A DNA stretch of 64,000 bases from an uncultured Actinomycetota bacterium. Lineage in GTDB: Bacteria > Actinomycetota > Actinomycetes > Propionibacteriales > Nocardioidaceae. Positions within the stretch are counted from its first letter, which is position 1. Each line of letters opens with the position of its first letter. Made by a program: the position numbers and the translations under genes. A model generated the notes under the pieces. The model worked only from the letters and a program-made list of their open reading frames with translations, was not told where the DNA came from and did not search any database. The DNA lies in contig CAVOST010000007.1 of NCBI GenBank assembly GCA_963698945.1, positions 95,362-159,361 on the forward strand, written 5' to 3'. Positions 10,585 through 20,646 of this stretch are shown one piece after another.

Positions 10585-11793
10585 GTGCCCGAGCCGGACG
10601 TCGCCGGGATCTGGCGGGCCGAGGCGCCGTACGTGCTGGCCGCCCTGGTGCGGAAGTACGGCGACCTCGACGCCGCCGAGGACGCCGCCCAGGAGGCACT
10701 GCTCGCCGCGTCGCAGCAGTGGCCCGGCGAGGGCGTCCCGGACCGGCCAAGGGGCTGGCTGATCACTGTCGCCTCCAGACGGCTGACCGACCACTGGCGC
10801 AGCGAGCGCGCACGGGCCGGCCGCGAGGAACGGGTGCACCGCGAGGACCTGGCCGCGGTGGTGAGCGACCGTGACGACTCGCTGGCGATGCTGTTCCTCT
10901 GCTGCCACCCGGCGCTGACCCGGCCGTCGCAGGTCGCCCTCACGCTGCGCGCGGTGGCCGGACTGAGTACCGGCCAGATCGCCCGCGCCTTCCTGGTGCC
11001 GGAGTCGACGATGGCGCAGCGGATCAGCCGGGCAAAGGCCCGGTTGCGCGAGGTCGGGGCGAGGTTCGCCCTCCCGACCCCGCGGGAGATGCCGGACCGC
11101 GTAGCGGCGGTCGCGCAGGTGCTCTACCTCGTGTTCACCGAAGGGCACACCTCGACGACCGGGCCGGGCCTGACCGACGTCTCGCTCGCGGAGGAAGCGA
11201 TCCGGCTGGCCCGCCAGCTCCACGGGCACCTGCCCGGGGAGGACGAGCTGGCCGGGCTCCTGGCGCTGATGCTGCTGACCGACGCCCGGCGTGCCGCCAG
11301 GACAGCGCCCGACGGCTCGTTGGTCCCGCTGGCCGAGCAGGACCGCTCGCTCTGGGACCGCGTCCGGATCGAGGAGGGGGTGCGGCTCGTCGAGCAGGTG
11401 CTGCCCTCGGGACCGGTCGGGCCCTACCAGCTCCAGGCGGCGATCGCGGCCGTCCATGACGAGGCCGCTCGCGCCGAGGACACCGACTGGGCCCAGATCG
11501 AGGTGCTCTACGGGATGCTCCTCGAGATCGCGCCGGGGCCGCTCGTCTCGCTCAACCACGCCGTCGCCCTGGCCCACTCCGCCGGCCCGGTCGAGGCGCT
11601 GGCCAGCGTCGAGCCGCTCCTGGAGGACCCGGCATTGCGTCGGAACCATCGCGCGTACGCCGTCCACGGCCACCTGCTCGACATGGCCGGGCGGCCCGAC
11701 GAGGCGCGCGCGTCGTACCGCCGTGCGGCGGCGCTGGCGACGAGCATCCCGGAGCAGCGCTACCTCAACGAGAAGGCCCAGTCGGGGACCTGA
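10585..11793 (+). CDS. ECF42-type RNA polymerase sigma factor with C-terminal TPR-like extension
   Basis: 'AEDAAQEA', 'LFLCCHPAL', 'TMAQRISRAK', 'GPYQLQAAIAAVH'; paired with DGPF gene. Confidence 0.88.
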   Translation: MPEPDVAGIWRAEAPYVLAALVRKYGDLDAAEDAAQEALLAASQQWPGEGVPDRPRGWLITVASRRLTDHWRSERARAGREERVHREDLAAVVSDRDDSLAMLFLCCHPALTRPSQVALTLRAVAGLSTGQIARAFLVPESTMAQRISRAKARLREVGARFALPTPREMPDRVAAVAQVLYLVFTEGHTSTTGPGLTDVSLAEEAIRLARQLHGHLPGEDELAGLLALMLLTDARRAARTAPDGSLVPLAEQDRSLWDRVRIEEGVRLVEQVLPSGPVGPYQLQAAIAAVHDEAARAEDTDWAQIEVLYGMLLEIAPGPLVSLNHAVALAHSAGPVEALASVEPLLEDPALRRNHRAYAVHGHLLDMAGRPDEARASYRRAAALATSIPEQRYLNEKAQSGT

Positions 11794-11894
11794 CCGGGCC
11801 GGTGCGACACGCGGAATCGTGGGCAGTGCGTGCTCTGACGTTAAATACGATAAAGTCACTCTACTTACTTCACCAAGAGAGGAGGCTGAGTCTG

Positions 11895-12857
11895 ATGTCC
11901 GAACACCACACCGACGCACCGGCACTCGATGTGCACCAGCACCTGTGGCCCGACGAGCTCGTCGACCGGCTGCGGGCGCGGTCGAAGCCGCCGTACCTGC
12001 GCGGCTGGCGACTCCACACCGACGGCGAACCGCCGTACGACGTGGATCCCGGAGGACACGACGTCGCGGCGCGTATCGCCGCGGACCGCGAAGCGGGGGT
12101 GGGTCGGGCGTGCCTCAGCCTCTCCTCCCCCTTGGGGATCGAGCAGCTGCCGGCGCCGAACGCGCGCTTGCTGATCGACGCCTGGCACCGCGGCGTGCGC
12201 GAGCTGCCCGACCACTTCCGCGCCTGGGCCTCCGTCCCCGCCGACGAGGTGGACGTCCCCGGCCTGCAGCGCCTGCTGGCAGAGGAGCGGTTCGCCGGGG
12301 TGCAGCTCCCCGCGACCGACCTGCTCACGCCGTACGCCTGGGAGCAGGTCTCCCAGGTGCTGCTGCTCGCTGAGCTCGCCGGGAAGCCGGTGTTCGTGCA
12401 CCCCGGGCCGGAACCGCGGCGGGCACTCGCCGGCCGGTTGCCGGAGTGGTGGGCACCCGTGGTCGGCTACTCCGCGCAGCTGCAGGCGGCGTGGTGGGGG
12501 TGGCACGCGTTCGGTGGGCGCACGTTGTTCCCGCGGCTCAAGGTGGTCTTCGGCGCCGGGGCGGGGCTGGCACCCGTGCTGGTCGAGCGGCACGCGATGC
12601 GAGGTGGGGGACGCATCGTGGTCGACCCGGACGTGTTCGTCGACACCTCTGGCACCGGCACGCGCGCCCTGGAGGCGCTGGTCCGGGTGCTCGGCATCGA
12701 CGCGCTGGTGCTGGGCAGCGACCGGCCCTACGGCGACCCGCTCACCGAGTTCCTCGGCGATGCGGCCACGCACGCCGTGCGCGTCGTCAACCCGCAGCGG
12801 TTGCTGGAGCCGACGCACGTCGGAGGAGGTGAGCAGGCATGGGCAGTGGCGAGCTGA
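11895..12857 (+). CDS. Amidohydrolase_2 family protein
   Basis: 'DVHQH', 'VFVHPG', 'VDTS', 'LGSDRPY'. Confidence 0.75.
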   Translation: MSEHHTDAPALDVHQHLWPDELVDRLRARSKPPYLRGWRLHTDGEPPYDVDPGGHDVAARIAADREAGVGRACLSLSSPLGIEQLPAPNARLLIDAWHRGVRELPDHFRAWASVPADEVDVPGLQRLLAEERFAGVQLPATDLLTPYAWEQVSQVLLLAELAGKPVFVHPGPEPRRALAGRLPEWWAPVVGYSAQLQAAWWGWHAFGGRTLFPRLKVVFGAGAGLAPVLVERHAMRGGGRIVVDPDVFVDTSGTGTRALEALVRVLGIDALVLGSDRPYGDPLTEFLGDAATHAVRVVNPQRLLEPTHVGGGEQAWAVAS

Positions 12858-13363
12858 CGTCGTCGTACGTCGACACCGTGGTGGGCGAGGACCTGCCGGA
12901 CCGAGACCTGGAGCGCTCCGAGCTCGAGGAGCTCGTCACCAGGATCGCGGAGCACCCGGAGCGATGGGCCCACCACGTGGCCTTCGACGGCGAGGACCGC
13001 GTCTACGTGTCGCTGCACCGCGACTCCCACGTCGACGTCTGGCTGCTGTGCTGGACGCCGGAGAATGACACCGGCTGGCACGACCACGACGTGTCCTCCG
13101 GTGCCGTGGCCGTCGTCGCCGGTGAGCTCATCGAGAGCAACCTGACGTTGCTGGAGGGGGCCCTCGAGCGACCGGTGGAGGCAGGCGAGAGCTTCTCGTT
13201 CGGGCCGGACCACATCCATCGCCTCACCGGTGCCGTGCACGGGTCGGTCAGCGTGCACGCCTACAGCCCGCCGCTGTGGCGGATGGGGCAGTACGCCGTG
13301 AACGACGAGGGGGTCCTCCGGAGGGTGTCGCTCTCTTACGCAGACGAGCTTCGCCCCATGTGA
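12839..13363 (+). CDS. Cysteine dioxygenase family cupin
   Basis: 'WLLCWTP..DTGWHDH..SSG', 'HIH', 'SVHAYSPPL'. Confidence 0.85.
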   Translation: MGSGELTSSYVDTVVGEDLPDRDLERSELEELVTRIAEHPERWAHHVAFDGEDRVYVSLHRDSHVDVWLLCWTPENDTGWHDHDVSSGAVAVVAGELIESNLTLLEGALERPVEAGESFSFGPDHIHRLTGAVHGSVSVHAYSPPLWRMGQYAVNDEGVLRRVSLSYADELRPM

Positions 13364-14287
13364 GTGAACAATGAGCAGGTGACCCACCTGTTCATCGGCG
13401 AGGAGCCGGGCGTGGTCCTCGAGGTCCGCCACCTCGGGGCGACCGTGCACCGGCTCCTCGTCACGGACGCCGACGGCCGGCGACGCAACCTCGTGCTCGG
13501 ACACCAGGACGACGAGGCCTACCTCGCCGGGACGGACTTCCGGGGCGCGATCGTGGGCCGCTTCGCCAACCGCATCGCCGGTGGCCGGTTCGAGCTGGAC
13601 GGGCGCCCGGTGCAGCTCGACACCAACGAGCGCGGCAATTCCCTGCACGGCGGACCCGACGGGTTCCACCGCCGCGAGTGGGAGGTCGTCGCCCACGAGC
13701 ACGACCTGCTGCGGCTCCGCCTGGTCAGCCCCGACGGGGACCAGGGCTTCCCCGGCGAGCTGACCGCAACGGTCACCTACACCACCACGGTGGACTCGGT
13801 CGCCGTCGAGATCGAGGCCACGAGTGATGCGCCGACCCTCGCCAGCCTGACCAGCCACGTCTACTGGAACCTCGACGGCGCGGCGACCATCGACGGGCAC
13901 GCGCTCCGGGTCGACGCCGACCGGTACCTGCCCGTCGACGCGGCCGGCATCCCGACCGGAGAGCTCGCCGGGGTCGCCGGGACGCCGTACGACCTGCGGC
14001 AGGGCCCGTTGCTCGAGGGCCGCGTCATCGACCACACCTACGTGCTGGACGGCGGTGCTGCTCTCTCCGCCGGGGGATGGACGGTCGAGATGTCGACCAA
14101 CCGCCCTGGGGTGCAGGTCTACACGGGCGAGTTCCTCGACGGTGCGCCGCGCGGCGGCGTCGCCCTCGAGCCGCAGCTGTTCCCCGACAGCCCGCACCAC
14201 CCGGATTTCCCGAGCGCCGTGCTGCGGCCTGGCGAGGTCAGCCGGACCGAGATCGAGTGGCGGCTGGTCAGGGAGCCGGGGCGCTGA
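13364..14287 (+). CDS. galM: Aldose 1-epimerase
   Basis: 'GAIVGRFANRI', 'LHGG', 'DGDQGFPG', 'HVYWNL', 'QVYTG', 'LEPQLFPDSP'. Confidence 0.9.
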   Translation: MNNEQVTHLFIGEEPGVVLEVRHLGATVHRLLVTDADGRRRNLVLGHQDDEAYLAGTDFRGAIVGRFANRIAGGRFELDGRPVQLDTNERGNSLHGGPDGFHRREWEVVAHEHDLLRLRLVSPDGDQGFPGELTATVTYTTTVDSVAVEIEATSDAPTLASLTSHVYWNLDGAATIDGHALRVDADRYLPVDAAGIPTGELAGVAGTPYDLRQGPLLEGRVIDHTYVLDGGAALSAGGWTVEMSTNRPGVQVYTGEFLDGAPRGGVALEPQLFPDSPHHPDFPSAVLRPGEVSRTEIEWRLVREPGR

Positions 14288-14897
14288 CCTCGTCGAGCGC
14301 CCGTCGCGCCACGGCGCGCAGCGCCGCCTGCGCGTCCCAGTCTCCGGTGTCGCGGGTGTCCGGCCAGTCGGCCACCTGCTCCTGGGCCCAGCGCGCCCAG
14401 CGGAGCACGGCGAGCTCCTGCTCCAGCACGAGCGACAGGGTCAGGGCGCTGATGTGGTCCCGCTCGGCGAAGGTGGTCGGCCCGGAGGCAAAGCTGCCGA
14501 GCGACCGCGCCCGCTCCTCGGCCTCGGCGGCGATCTCCGCCAGCGTGGCCCGCAACGCCGCCAGGTCGCCGCTGTCGGCGAAGAACACCTTCACCATCCC
14601 CTCGAACTCGCTGGTGCGCGGTGCCGCGGGCTCGGCCAGCCAGGAACGCAGCGCCTCGCGACCCTCGTCGGTGATGGCGTACTCGCGGCTGCGGCGCTTG
14701 CCCGTGAACCGCTCGGTGGCCACGGCCCAGCCCTGCGCCGCGAGCTGCTTCGGCTCGTCGTACAGCTTGCGCTCCGCCCGTGGCCAGAACCAGTTGAGGC
14801 TGCGCTGGACCTGCTTGGCCAGCTCGTAGGTGGTCCACGACCTCACCGAGAGCAGGCCCAGGACGGCGTACGACGTGGTCGTCGGGAACGAAGGCAT
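14268..14897 (-). CDS. PadR family transcriptional regulator
   Basis: 'YAVLGLL...TTYEL...FWP....LY', 'YAITDEGREALRSWL'. Confidence 0.88.
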   Translation of the reverse strand: MPSFPTTTSYAVLGLLSVRSWTTYELAKQVQRSLNWFWPRAERKLYDEPKQLAAQGWAVATERFTGKRRSREYAITDEGREALRSWLAEPAAPRTSEFEGMVKVFFADSGDLAALRATLAEIAAEAEERARSLGSFASGPTTFAERDHISALTLSLVLEQELAVLRWARWAQEQVADWPDTRDTGDWDAQAALRAVARRALDEVSAPAP

Positions 14898-14910
14898 GTC
14901 GCATCTTGAC

Positions 14911-14951
14911 ATACTGCCGTGGGCAGTATCAAATACTGCCCATGACAGTAT
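14911..14951. promoter_or_regulatory. Two tandem palindromic operators (probable PadR sites)
   Basis: ATACTGCCGTGGGCAGTAT (14911-14929) and ATACTGCCCATGACAGTAT (14933-14951) between divergent genes; TTGACA at 14906. Confidence 0.7.
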
Positions 14952-15679
14952 TCGACTCGCCGGGACGACTGCTCGTCGTGGTGGCTCACCCGGACGACGA
15001 GACGTTCGGGTGCGGCTCCCTCCTGCTGCACGCGGCGGCGTCGGGTATGACCACCGCGGTGTGCTGCGCGACCCGCGGGGAGGCGGGGGAGTGGCCCGAC
15101 GGCCTCGCGCTGCCGGCCGGCGGCCTCGCCGAGCAGCGGGAGGCGGAGCTCCGCGAGGCGGCGGAGGCCCTCGGGGTCAGCCGGGTCGCCGTGCTCTCCT
15201 TCTCGGACTCGGGGATGGCCGGCCAGGCAGGCCCGTCGACGCTCGTCGGCGCGGCCGAGGACGAGGTGACCGCGAGCGTGCGTGGTGTGGTCCAGGACTT
15301 CGGGCCTGACCTGGTGGTGACGCTCGATGCCAGTGACGGGCACCGGGACCACGCCCGGATCCGCGACGTCACCGTGCGGGTGGCCCACGAGGAGGGCGTG
15401 CCGGTGTACCTGTACTGCCTGTCCCAGCGACTGATGCGGCGCTGGGTCGAGGTGATGACCGAGCGCGATCCCGGCTCGGACTACCTGGCCCTGGGCGAGC
15501 TGGGCACGCCGGACGAGGAGATCGACCTCGTCATCGACACAGCTGCTCACCTCGATCGCCGCGAGCAGGCGATCCGGCTGCACCGCTCCCAGGTCTCGCC
15601 GTTCGAGGGCCTCCCGGCTGACCTGCGGCGCGAGTGGCTGTCGGTCGAGCACCTCCTCGGCCCGGTGCGAGAGGACTGA
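14942..15679 (+). CDS. PIG-L/LmbE family deacetylase
   Basis: 'AHPDDE', 'TRGEAG', 'DSGM', 'GHRDH', 'HRSQ'. Confidence 0.88.
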   Translation: MTVFDSPGRLLVVVAHPDDETFGCGSLLLHAAASGMTTAVCCATRGEAGEWPDGLALPAGGLAEQREAELREAAEALGVSRVAVLSFSDSGMAGQAGPSTLVGAAEDEVTASVRGVVQDFGPDLVVTLDASDGHRDHARIRDVTVRVAHEEGVPVYLYCLSQRLMRRWVEVMTERDPGSDYLALGELGTPDEEIDLVIDTAAHLDRREQAIRLHRSQVSPFEGLPADLRREWLSVEHLLGPVRED

Positions 15680-15685
15680 GCCGTG

Positions 15686-16537
15686 ATGGTGCTGCTGCAG
15701 GTGCTGGGGGACGTCAGCGTCGACGGTGCCGTCGTGTCACGCCCGCGGGAGCGCGACCTGCTCGCCCTGCTGGTCGCGGCGCGTGGTCCCGTGCCGGCCG
15801 AGCGCATCCTCGAGGAGCTGTGGTCCGGCGAGCCGTCCCGGGCGGCCATGCAGGTGGTGGTGTCGCGGGTGCGGGCGCTTCTCGCCGGCCGGGGGGAGGC
15901 GGGCATCGAGCGGACGCCGGCCGGCTACCGGCTGGTGGGGGTGCAGGTGGATGCCTGGGAGTTCGAGGACGCCGCCGAGTGCACCCTCGCCGTACCCACC
16001 TCCGCTGAGCGGCTGGTCGCCGCGACGCGCGCCGACGAGCTCTGGACCGGGACGCCGTACGCCGGCAGCGACTCCTCCTCTCTCCACGCCGCGGCCGCCC
16101 GGCTCCAGGACCTGATGCTCGCCGTCCAGGAGGCACGTGCCGAGTCGCTCCTGGCCCTCGGCCACGCCGCTGCCGCTGAACGGCTGCTGGCGCCGGTGAC
16201 GCCGAGCCACCCCTACCGCGAGCAGCTCTGGGCGCTGCTGGCCCGGGCCCAGTACGCCTGCTCCCGCCAGGCCGACGCGTTGGCCACGCTGGCGGCGCTG
16301 CGCGACCGGCTGTCGATGGACCTCGGCGTGGACCCGTCCCCGCTGGTGCGCTCGCTCGAGCACCGCATCCTCGTGCAGGACTCCGAGCTGGGTGGACTGG
16401 GTGCTGCCGCCGGTTCAGCCGTGCGTGCCTCCGACGCGCCCCACCGCCGCGCGTGGACCCGCCACTGCCGTGCCGGCGCACGAGGAGACGTGCTGGGCAC
16501 CCGACTGCCGCGGCTCCAGGACGCGCGCTCCTTATAG
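15686..16537 (+). CDS. Short AfsR/SARP regulator (wHTH plus BTAD)
   Basis: 'LQVLG', 'QVVVSRVR', 'HPYREQLW', 'DLGVDPSP'. Confidence 0.8.
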   Translation: MVLLQVLGDVSVDGAVVSRPRERDLLALLVAARGPVPAERILEELWSGEPSRAAMQVVVSRVRALLAGRGEAGIERTPAGYRLVGVQVDAWEFEDAAECTLAVPTSAERLVAATRADELWTGTPYAGSDSSSLHAAAARLQDLMLAVQEARAESLLALGHAAAAERLLAPVTPSHPYREQLWALLARAQYACSRQADALATLAALRDRLSMDLGVDPSPLVRSLEHRILVQDSELGGLGAAAGSAVRASDAPHRRAWTRHCRAGARGDVLGTRLPRLQDARSL

Positions 16538-16544
16538 TTCCCCC

Positions 16545-19500
16545 GTGCGCGTGGGGATTCTGGGAGCCGCGGAGGCCCGGATCGGCGAGGTGCCGATCGA
16601 CCTCGGCACCCGCAAGCAGCGGGCGTTGCTGGCCGCACTCGCGCTGCACGCCGGCCACCCCGTGCCCCCGGACACGCTGGTCGACCTGATCTGGGGCGAC
16701 CAGCCGCCGACGGCGGTGACCCCCACGCTCCACGGGTACGTCGCGAAGCTGCGCCGCGCACTCGAACCCGACCGGCCACCGCGTGCCCCGTCCCAGGTAC
16801 TGGTGCTCACCGACCAGGGGTACGAGCTCCGGCTGGCCGACGACGCCCTCGACTCGGTGCGGTTCGAACGGGCGGTCCGCGACGCCCGCGAACGGATCGG
16901 TGGGGTCTCGCTGGCCGCGCCGATGCAGGTCGAGCATGCCGACGAGGTCTTCGGCTCGCTCAGCGAGGTGCTCGGGCTGTGGCGGGGGACGCCGTACGCC
17001 GAGCTCGAGGACGCCCCGGCCGCGCAGGCCGAGCGCGCCCGGCTCGACGAGCTGCGTGCCGTTGCCCTCGAGGACCGGGCGGTGGCGGGACTCGCGATGG
17101 GCCGTCACACGATGGTGGCCGGTGAGCTGGAGGTGCTCACCTCGACGTACCCGCTGCGCGAGCGGCTGTGGGGCCTGCGAGCCGTGGCCCTGGCGGGCTC
17201 GGGTCGCCAGGCCGACGCGCTCGAAGTGCTCCGGGAGGTGCGCGAGCTGCTGGCCGAGGAGCTGGGGCTCGAGCCGGGTGCGGAGCTGCGTGAGCTGCAG
17301 ACCGCCGTGCTGCGCCAGGACCCCGCCCTCACCTGGGCCGCACCGGCCTCGGAGGCTCAGCTGGCGCGCCCGGTCGCGACGACTCCGGCGCCGTACCAGT
17401 GGCCGCTCGTCGGCCGCGACGACGAGCTGGCGGCGATGGTCGGCCTGCTCGAGCAGTCGGCAGGGACGCCGCTCTTCGCAGCGGTGACCGGCGAGCCCGG
17501 CATCGGCAAGAGCAGGCTGTGCGGCGAGCTCGCGGCCGTCGCCCGCGATCTCGGCGTGGCCGTCCTCGTCGGGCGCTGCTCGCAGGACGAGGGCGCACCA
17601 CCGCTCTACCCGTGGGCGAGCGTCCTTCGCGAGCTCGGGAACGACCTGCCTTCGGTGGCTGCCGAGGCCGAGGGCGGCGACGAGAGCGGATCGCGGTTCC
17701 GGGCGTGGGAGGAGATCGTGCGCTCCGTCCTCGACGCCGCCGAGCAACAGCAGCTGCTGATCTTCCTCGACGACCTGCACTGGGCCGACGTCTCGACCCT
17801 GCGGGTGCTGCGGCTCCTGGCCGAGACGGCGACGGCCGGACGGTTGCTCGTGGTGTGCACGTGGCGGCACGAGCCGCCGCCGACCGGGCAGCTGGCCGTC
17901 GTCGCGGACATGCTGGCGCGCCGGCACGCGTTGCGCCTGCACCTCGAAGGCCTGAGCGCCGACGAGGCGGCCGAGATCGTCACCTCGGTGGCGGCGACGG
18001 CGCCGACCTCCGCGGAGGCAGATGCACTGCGGTCGCGCACCGAGGGCAACCCGTTCTTCCTCGTCGAGTACGCCCGGCTGCTCGGCGACAGCGGTGACCT
18101 CCCCGCGCTGCTCGCCGAGGAGCACCCGCCCGCGGCGGTCAGCGACGTGCTGACCCGGCGCCTCGGGGCGCTGCCCGACGCCACCGTCTCTGCGCTGCGG
18201 CATGCATGCGTGATCGGCCGCCAGTTCGACGTGCCGACGCTGGCCGCACTGATGACGGGCGACGAGGACGCCGTGATCGACGACCTCGACCCGGCCCTGT
18301 CGGCGGGACTGCTGCGCGAGTTCGGCGTCGACCGGTTCCGGTTCGCGCACGCGCTGATCCGGGACACGGTCTACGCCGGGATCTCGCAGAGCCGGCGCGG
18401 CCGGCTGCACGCGCGCACGGCCGAGGTGCTCAGCGGGGTGCCCGGGCGGGAGAACGAGGTGGCCCGGCACTGGCTGGCGGCGGGGCCGTCGTACGCCGAC
18501 CGGGCGTGGCGGGCGGCGCAGGACGCGGCGCACGCGGCGCGCGAGCTGTTCGCGTACGACGAGGCGGTGGAGCTGCTCACCGGCGCCCTCACGGTCCTCG
18601 ACGACGCGGGTGCCACCGACGAGGACCGCTTCGCGCTGCTGATCGACCTGGCCCGGAGCTACCTGCTCACCGACAACCTCGTCGACCTGCGGCGCACCGT
18701 GCACGAAGCCCTGGGGGTGGCCGGACGCCTCGACGACCTGCATCGCGAGGTGCAGGCAGTGAGCCTGCTGCTCACCAAGGCGTTGTGGCAGTCCGGGGTC
18801 TTCGGCGGGGTGGACGAGGTCGTGGTGGGAGTCATCCGCAGGGCCCTGGACCGGCTCCCAGCGGGCGACAGTGCCGAGCGGTGCCGCCTGATGGTCGCGC
18901 TGGCCACCGAGATCTACTACGCCTCCGCGGTCGGTGAACGCGTGGCGCTCTGCGAGCAGGCGCTGGAGATGGCTCGTCGGGTCGATGACCCGCGGCTGCT
19001 CCTCGACACGCTGCTGGCCGTGCCGCTCAGCCTGTGGAGCCCGGCCTCGGCCGACCAGCGTTTCGAGCTCACGGGTGAGGCGGCCGAGCTCGCGCGCGAG
19101 CTCGGTGACGGCATCGCCCTCGCGACGGCGCTGGCGCTGCACGCCAGTGCGGCCTCGGAGTCCGGCCGGGTCGTGGGGCTGCTCGACCTGGCGGCCGAGG
19201 CGCGTGAGCAGGCCGTCAAGGAGCGCCAGCTCTTCGCCCAGCTCTTCCTGGACGGCCTCGAGATCCCGTGGCTGGCGATGCGCGGTGACTGGGACCGCGT
19301 CCACGCGCTGATCGCCGACATGGTGGTGATGCACGAGCGCGTCGACGTGCCGCAGACCGGCGATGCCCTCGTCGGCGCCTTCCTGATGGACCTTCTCTGG
19401 GGCAAGGAGCCCGACGCGCTGCTCGCGGTCGTGGACCAGGTCGCCGAGGTGAAGGTGATGCCTGTCGAGGCCTCCGTCGCCCTGATCCTGGCCCGAGGGG

Positions 19501-19859
19501 GGCGCCTGGACGAGGCGCGCGAGCGGCTCCGCTCCGTCGGCGCGGAGCTGTCGCCCGACTGGTGGTTCTCGCTGCTGACCCTGGGCCAGGCCGCCGAGGC
19601 CGCGATGCTGACCGGCGACCCGGATCTCGCGGCCGAGTCCTACGAACGTCTCGCCCCGTTCGCGGGGCGGCCGGCCGCGGGCGGTTCCGGCACCGTGATC
19701 GGCGTCGTGGACTTCTTCCTGGCGATGGCCGCCCACGCGACAGGAGAGCGGGACCTCGCCACCCGGCACGCGGACGACGCCGTCCGGTTGTGCACGGAGT
19801 GGGAGATCCCGCTCGCCGCCTCGTGGTTCGCGCGGGTGCGCGAGGAGCACGGGTTCTGA
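16545..19859 (+). CDS. Large SARP regulator: wHTH-BTAD-AAA(STAND-like)-TPR
   Basis: 'KQRALLAALAL', 'YPLRERLW', 'ELGLEPG', Walker A 'GEPGIGKS', Walker B 'LDDLHWAD', 'TEGNPFF'. Confidence 0.9.
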   Translation: MRVGILGAAEARIGEVPIDLGTRKQRALLAALALHAGHPVPPDTLVDLIWGDQPPTAVTPTLHGYVAKLRRALEPDRPPRAPSQVLVLTDQGYELRLADDALDSVRFERAVRDARERIGGVSLAAPMQVEHADEVFGSLSEVLGLWRGTPYAELEDAPAAQAERARLDELRAVALEDRAVAGLAMGRHTMVAGELEVLTSTYPLRERLWGLRAVALAGSGRQADALEVLREVRELLAEELGLEPGAELRELQTAVLRQDPALTWAAPASEAQLARPVATTPAPYQWPLVGRDDELAAMVGLLEQSAGTPLFAAVTGEPGIGKSRLCGELAAVARDLGVAVLVGRCSQDEGAPPLYPWASVLRELGNDLPSVAAEAEGGDESGSRFRAWEEIVRSVLDAAEQQQLLIFLDDLHWADVSTLRVLRLLAETATAGRLLVVCTWRHEPPPTGQLAVVADMLARRHALRLHLEGLSADEAAEIVTSVAATAPTSAEADALRSRTEGNPFFLVEYARLLGDSGDLPALLAEEHPPAAVSDVLTRRLGALPDATVSALRHACVIGRQFDVPTLAALMTGDEDAVIDDLDPALSAGLLREFGVDRFRFAHALIRDTVYAGISQSRRGRLHARTAEVLSGVPGRENEVARHWLAAGPSYADRAWRAAQDAAHAARELFAYDEAVELLTGALTVLDDAGATDEDRFALLIDLARSYLLTDNLVDLRRTVHEALGVAGRLDDLHREVQAVSLLLTKALWQSGVFGGVDEVVVGVIRRALDRLPAGDSAERCRLMVALATEIYYASAVGERVALCEQALEMARRVDDPRLLLDTLLAVPLSLWSPASADQRFELTGEAAELARELGDGIALATALALHASAASESGRVVGLLDLAAEAREQAVKERQLFAQLFLDGLEIPWLAMRGDWDRVHALIADMVVMHERVDVPQTGDALVGAFLMDLLWGKEPDALLAVVDQVAEVKVMPVEASVALILARGGRLDEARERLRSVGAELSPDWWFSLLTLGQAAEAAMLTGDPDLAAESYERLAPFAGRPAAGGSGTVIGVVDFFLAMAAHATGERDLATRHADDAVRLCTEWEIPLAASWFARVREEHGF

Positions 19860-19874
19860 CGGTCAGGCTCCAGG

Positions 19875-20597
19875 TCAGAAGCAGTGCTGGAAGGCCCGGG
19901 CCTGCTGGCGCGCGAACCGGTGCCGCGTCACGTGCCAGATCAGCCGGAAGGCCGGGTCGGTCTTGGCGAAGACGTCGTCCCGGACCGGTCGTGGGAGCTC
20001 CGAGGCGGCCCACGGGACGACTCGAAGCACCTTGCCGATCGTGAGGTCCTCCTTGAAGTACTCCTCGTCGAGCCACTCCCAGTCCTCCTGGGTGAGCACC
20101 CGCTGGATGATCGGGATGGCGCCGGTCTCCTCGTGCTCGAGGTGGCGGGCCAGGCACTCCCGGATCGCGGCGAGCCGGACGGCGAGGGCGGCGCGGGCGT
20201 CGTCGTCCGCGTGACCGGCCAGGCGCTCGAAGCCCTGCTCGCAGGCCTCGAGCAGCGGCTCGAACTCGGCGTGCTCGGCCTCCATCGCCTCCAGGGTCTC
20301 CCGGTCGTCGGCCGTGCCGCGCTCGAGCAGCAGCGGCCAGAGGCCGGCGTCCTCGCCGGAGTGGTGGCCGTGCAACGCCTCGGCGAAGACCGACCAGCGC
20401 TTCTGGAGCAGCTTCCAGGCGACCCGGTCGCCGACCGGCGTGAGCCGGGCCGCCTCGCTCAGCATCCGCAGGTCGCGCCGGAAGGCGTGGTGCATCACGT
20501 ACATCATGAACATGTCCACCGGTCCTTCCGGAGCCGCGGTCTGTCCCGCGAGCCGGATCTGCGTGGGCCATTCGGTCGTTGCGGTGTGGGTGCTCAT
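19875..20597 (-). CDS. Hemerythrin (HHE) domain protein
   Basis: 'MHHAFRRD', 'HHSGED', 'EAEH', 'HLEHEE'. Confidence 0.85.
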   Translation of the reverse strand: MSTHTATTEWPTQIRLAGQTAAPEGPVDMFMMYVMHHAFRRDLRMLSEAARLTPVGDRVAWKLLQKRWSVFAEALHGHHSGEDAGLWPLLLERGTADDRETLEAMEAEHAEFEPLLEACEQGFERLAGHADDDARAALAVRLAAIRECLARHLEHEETGAIPIIQRVLTQEDWEWLDEEYFKEDLTIGKVLRVVPWAASELPRPVRDDVFAKTDPAFRLIWHVTRHRFARQQARAFQHCF

Positions 20598-20646
20598 CTC
20601 GGTTCTCCTGTCGTGATTTCTCGGGCGCTTCTCGGGGTCGGGGTTC

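Noticed and set aside
15714-19850. Very long antisense ORFs (1378 aa here and many others)
   Set aside because: Expected shadow ORFs of high-GC3 genes; no recognisable domains.
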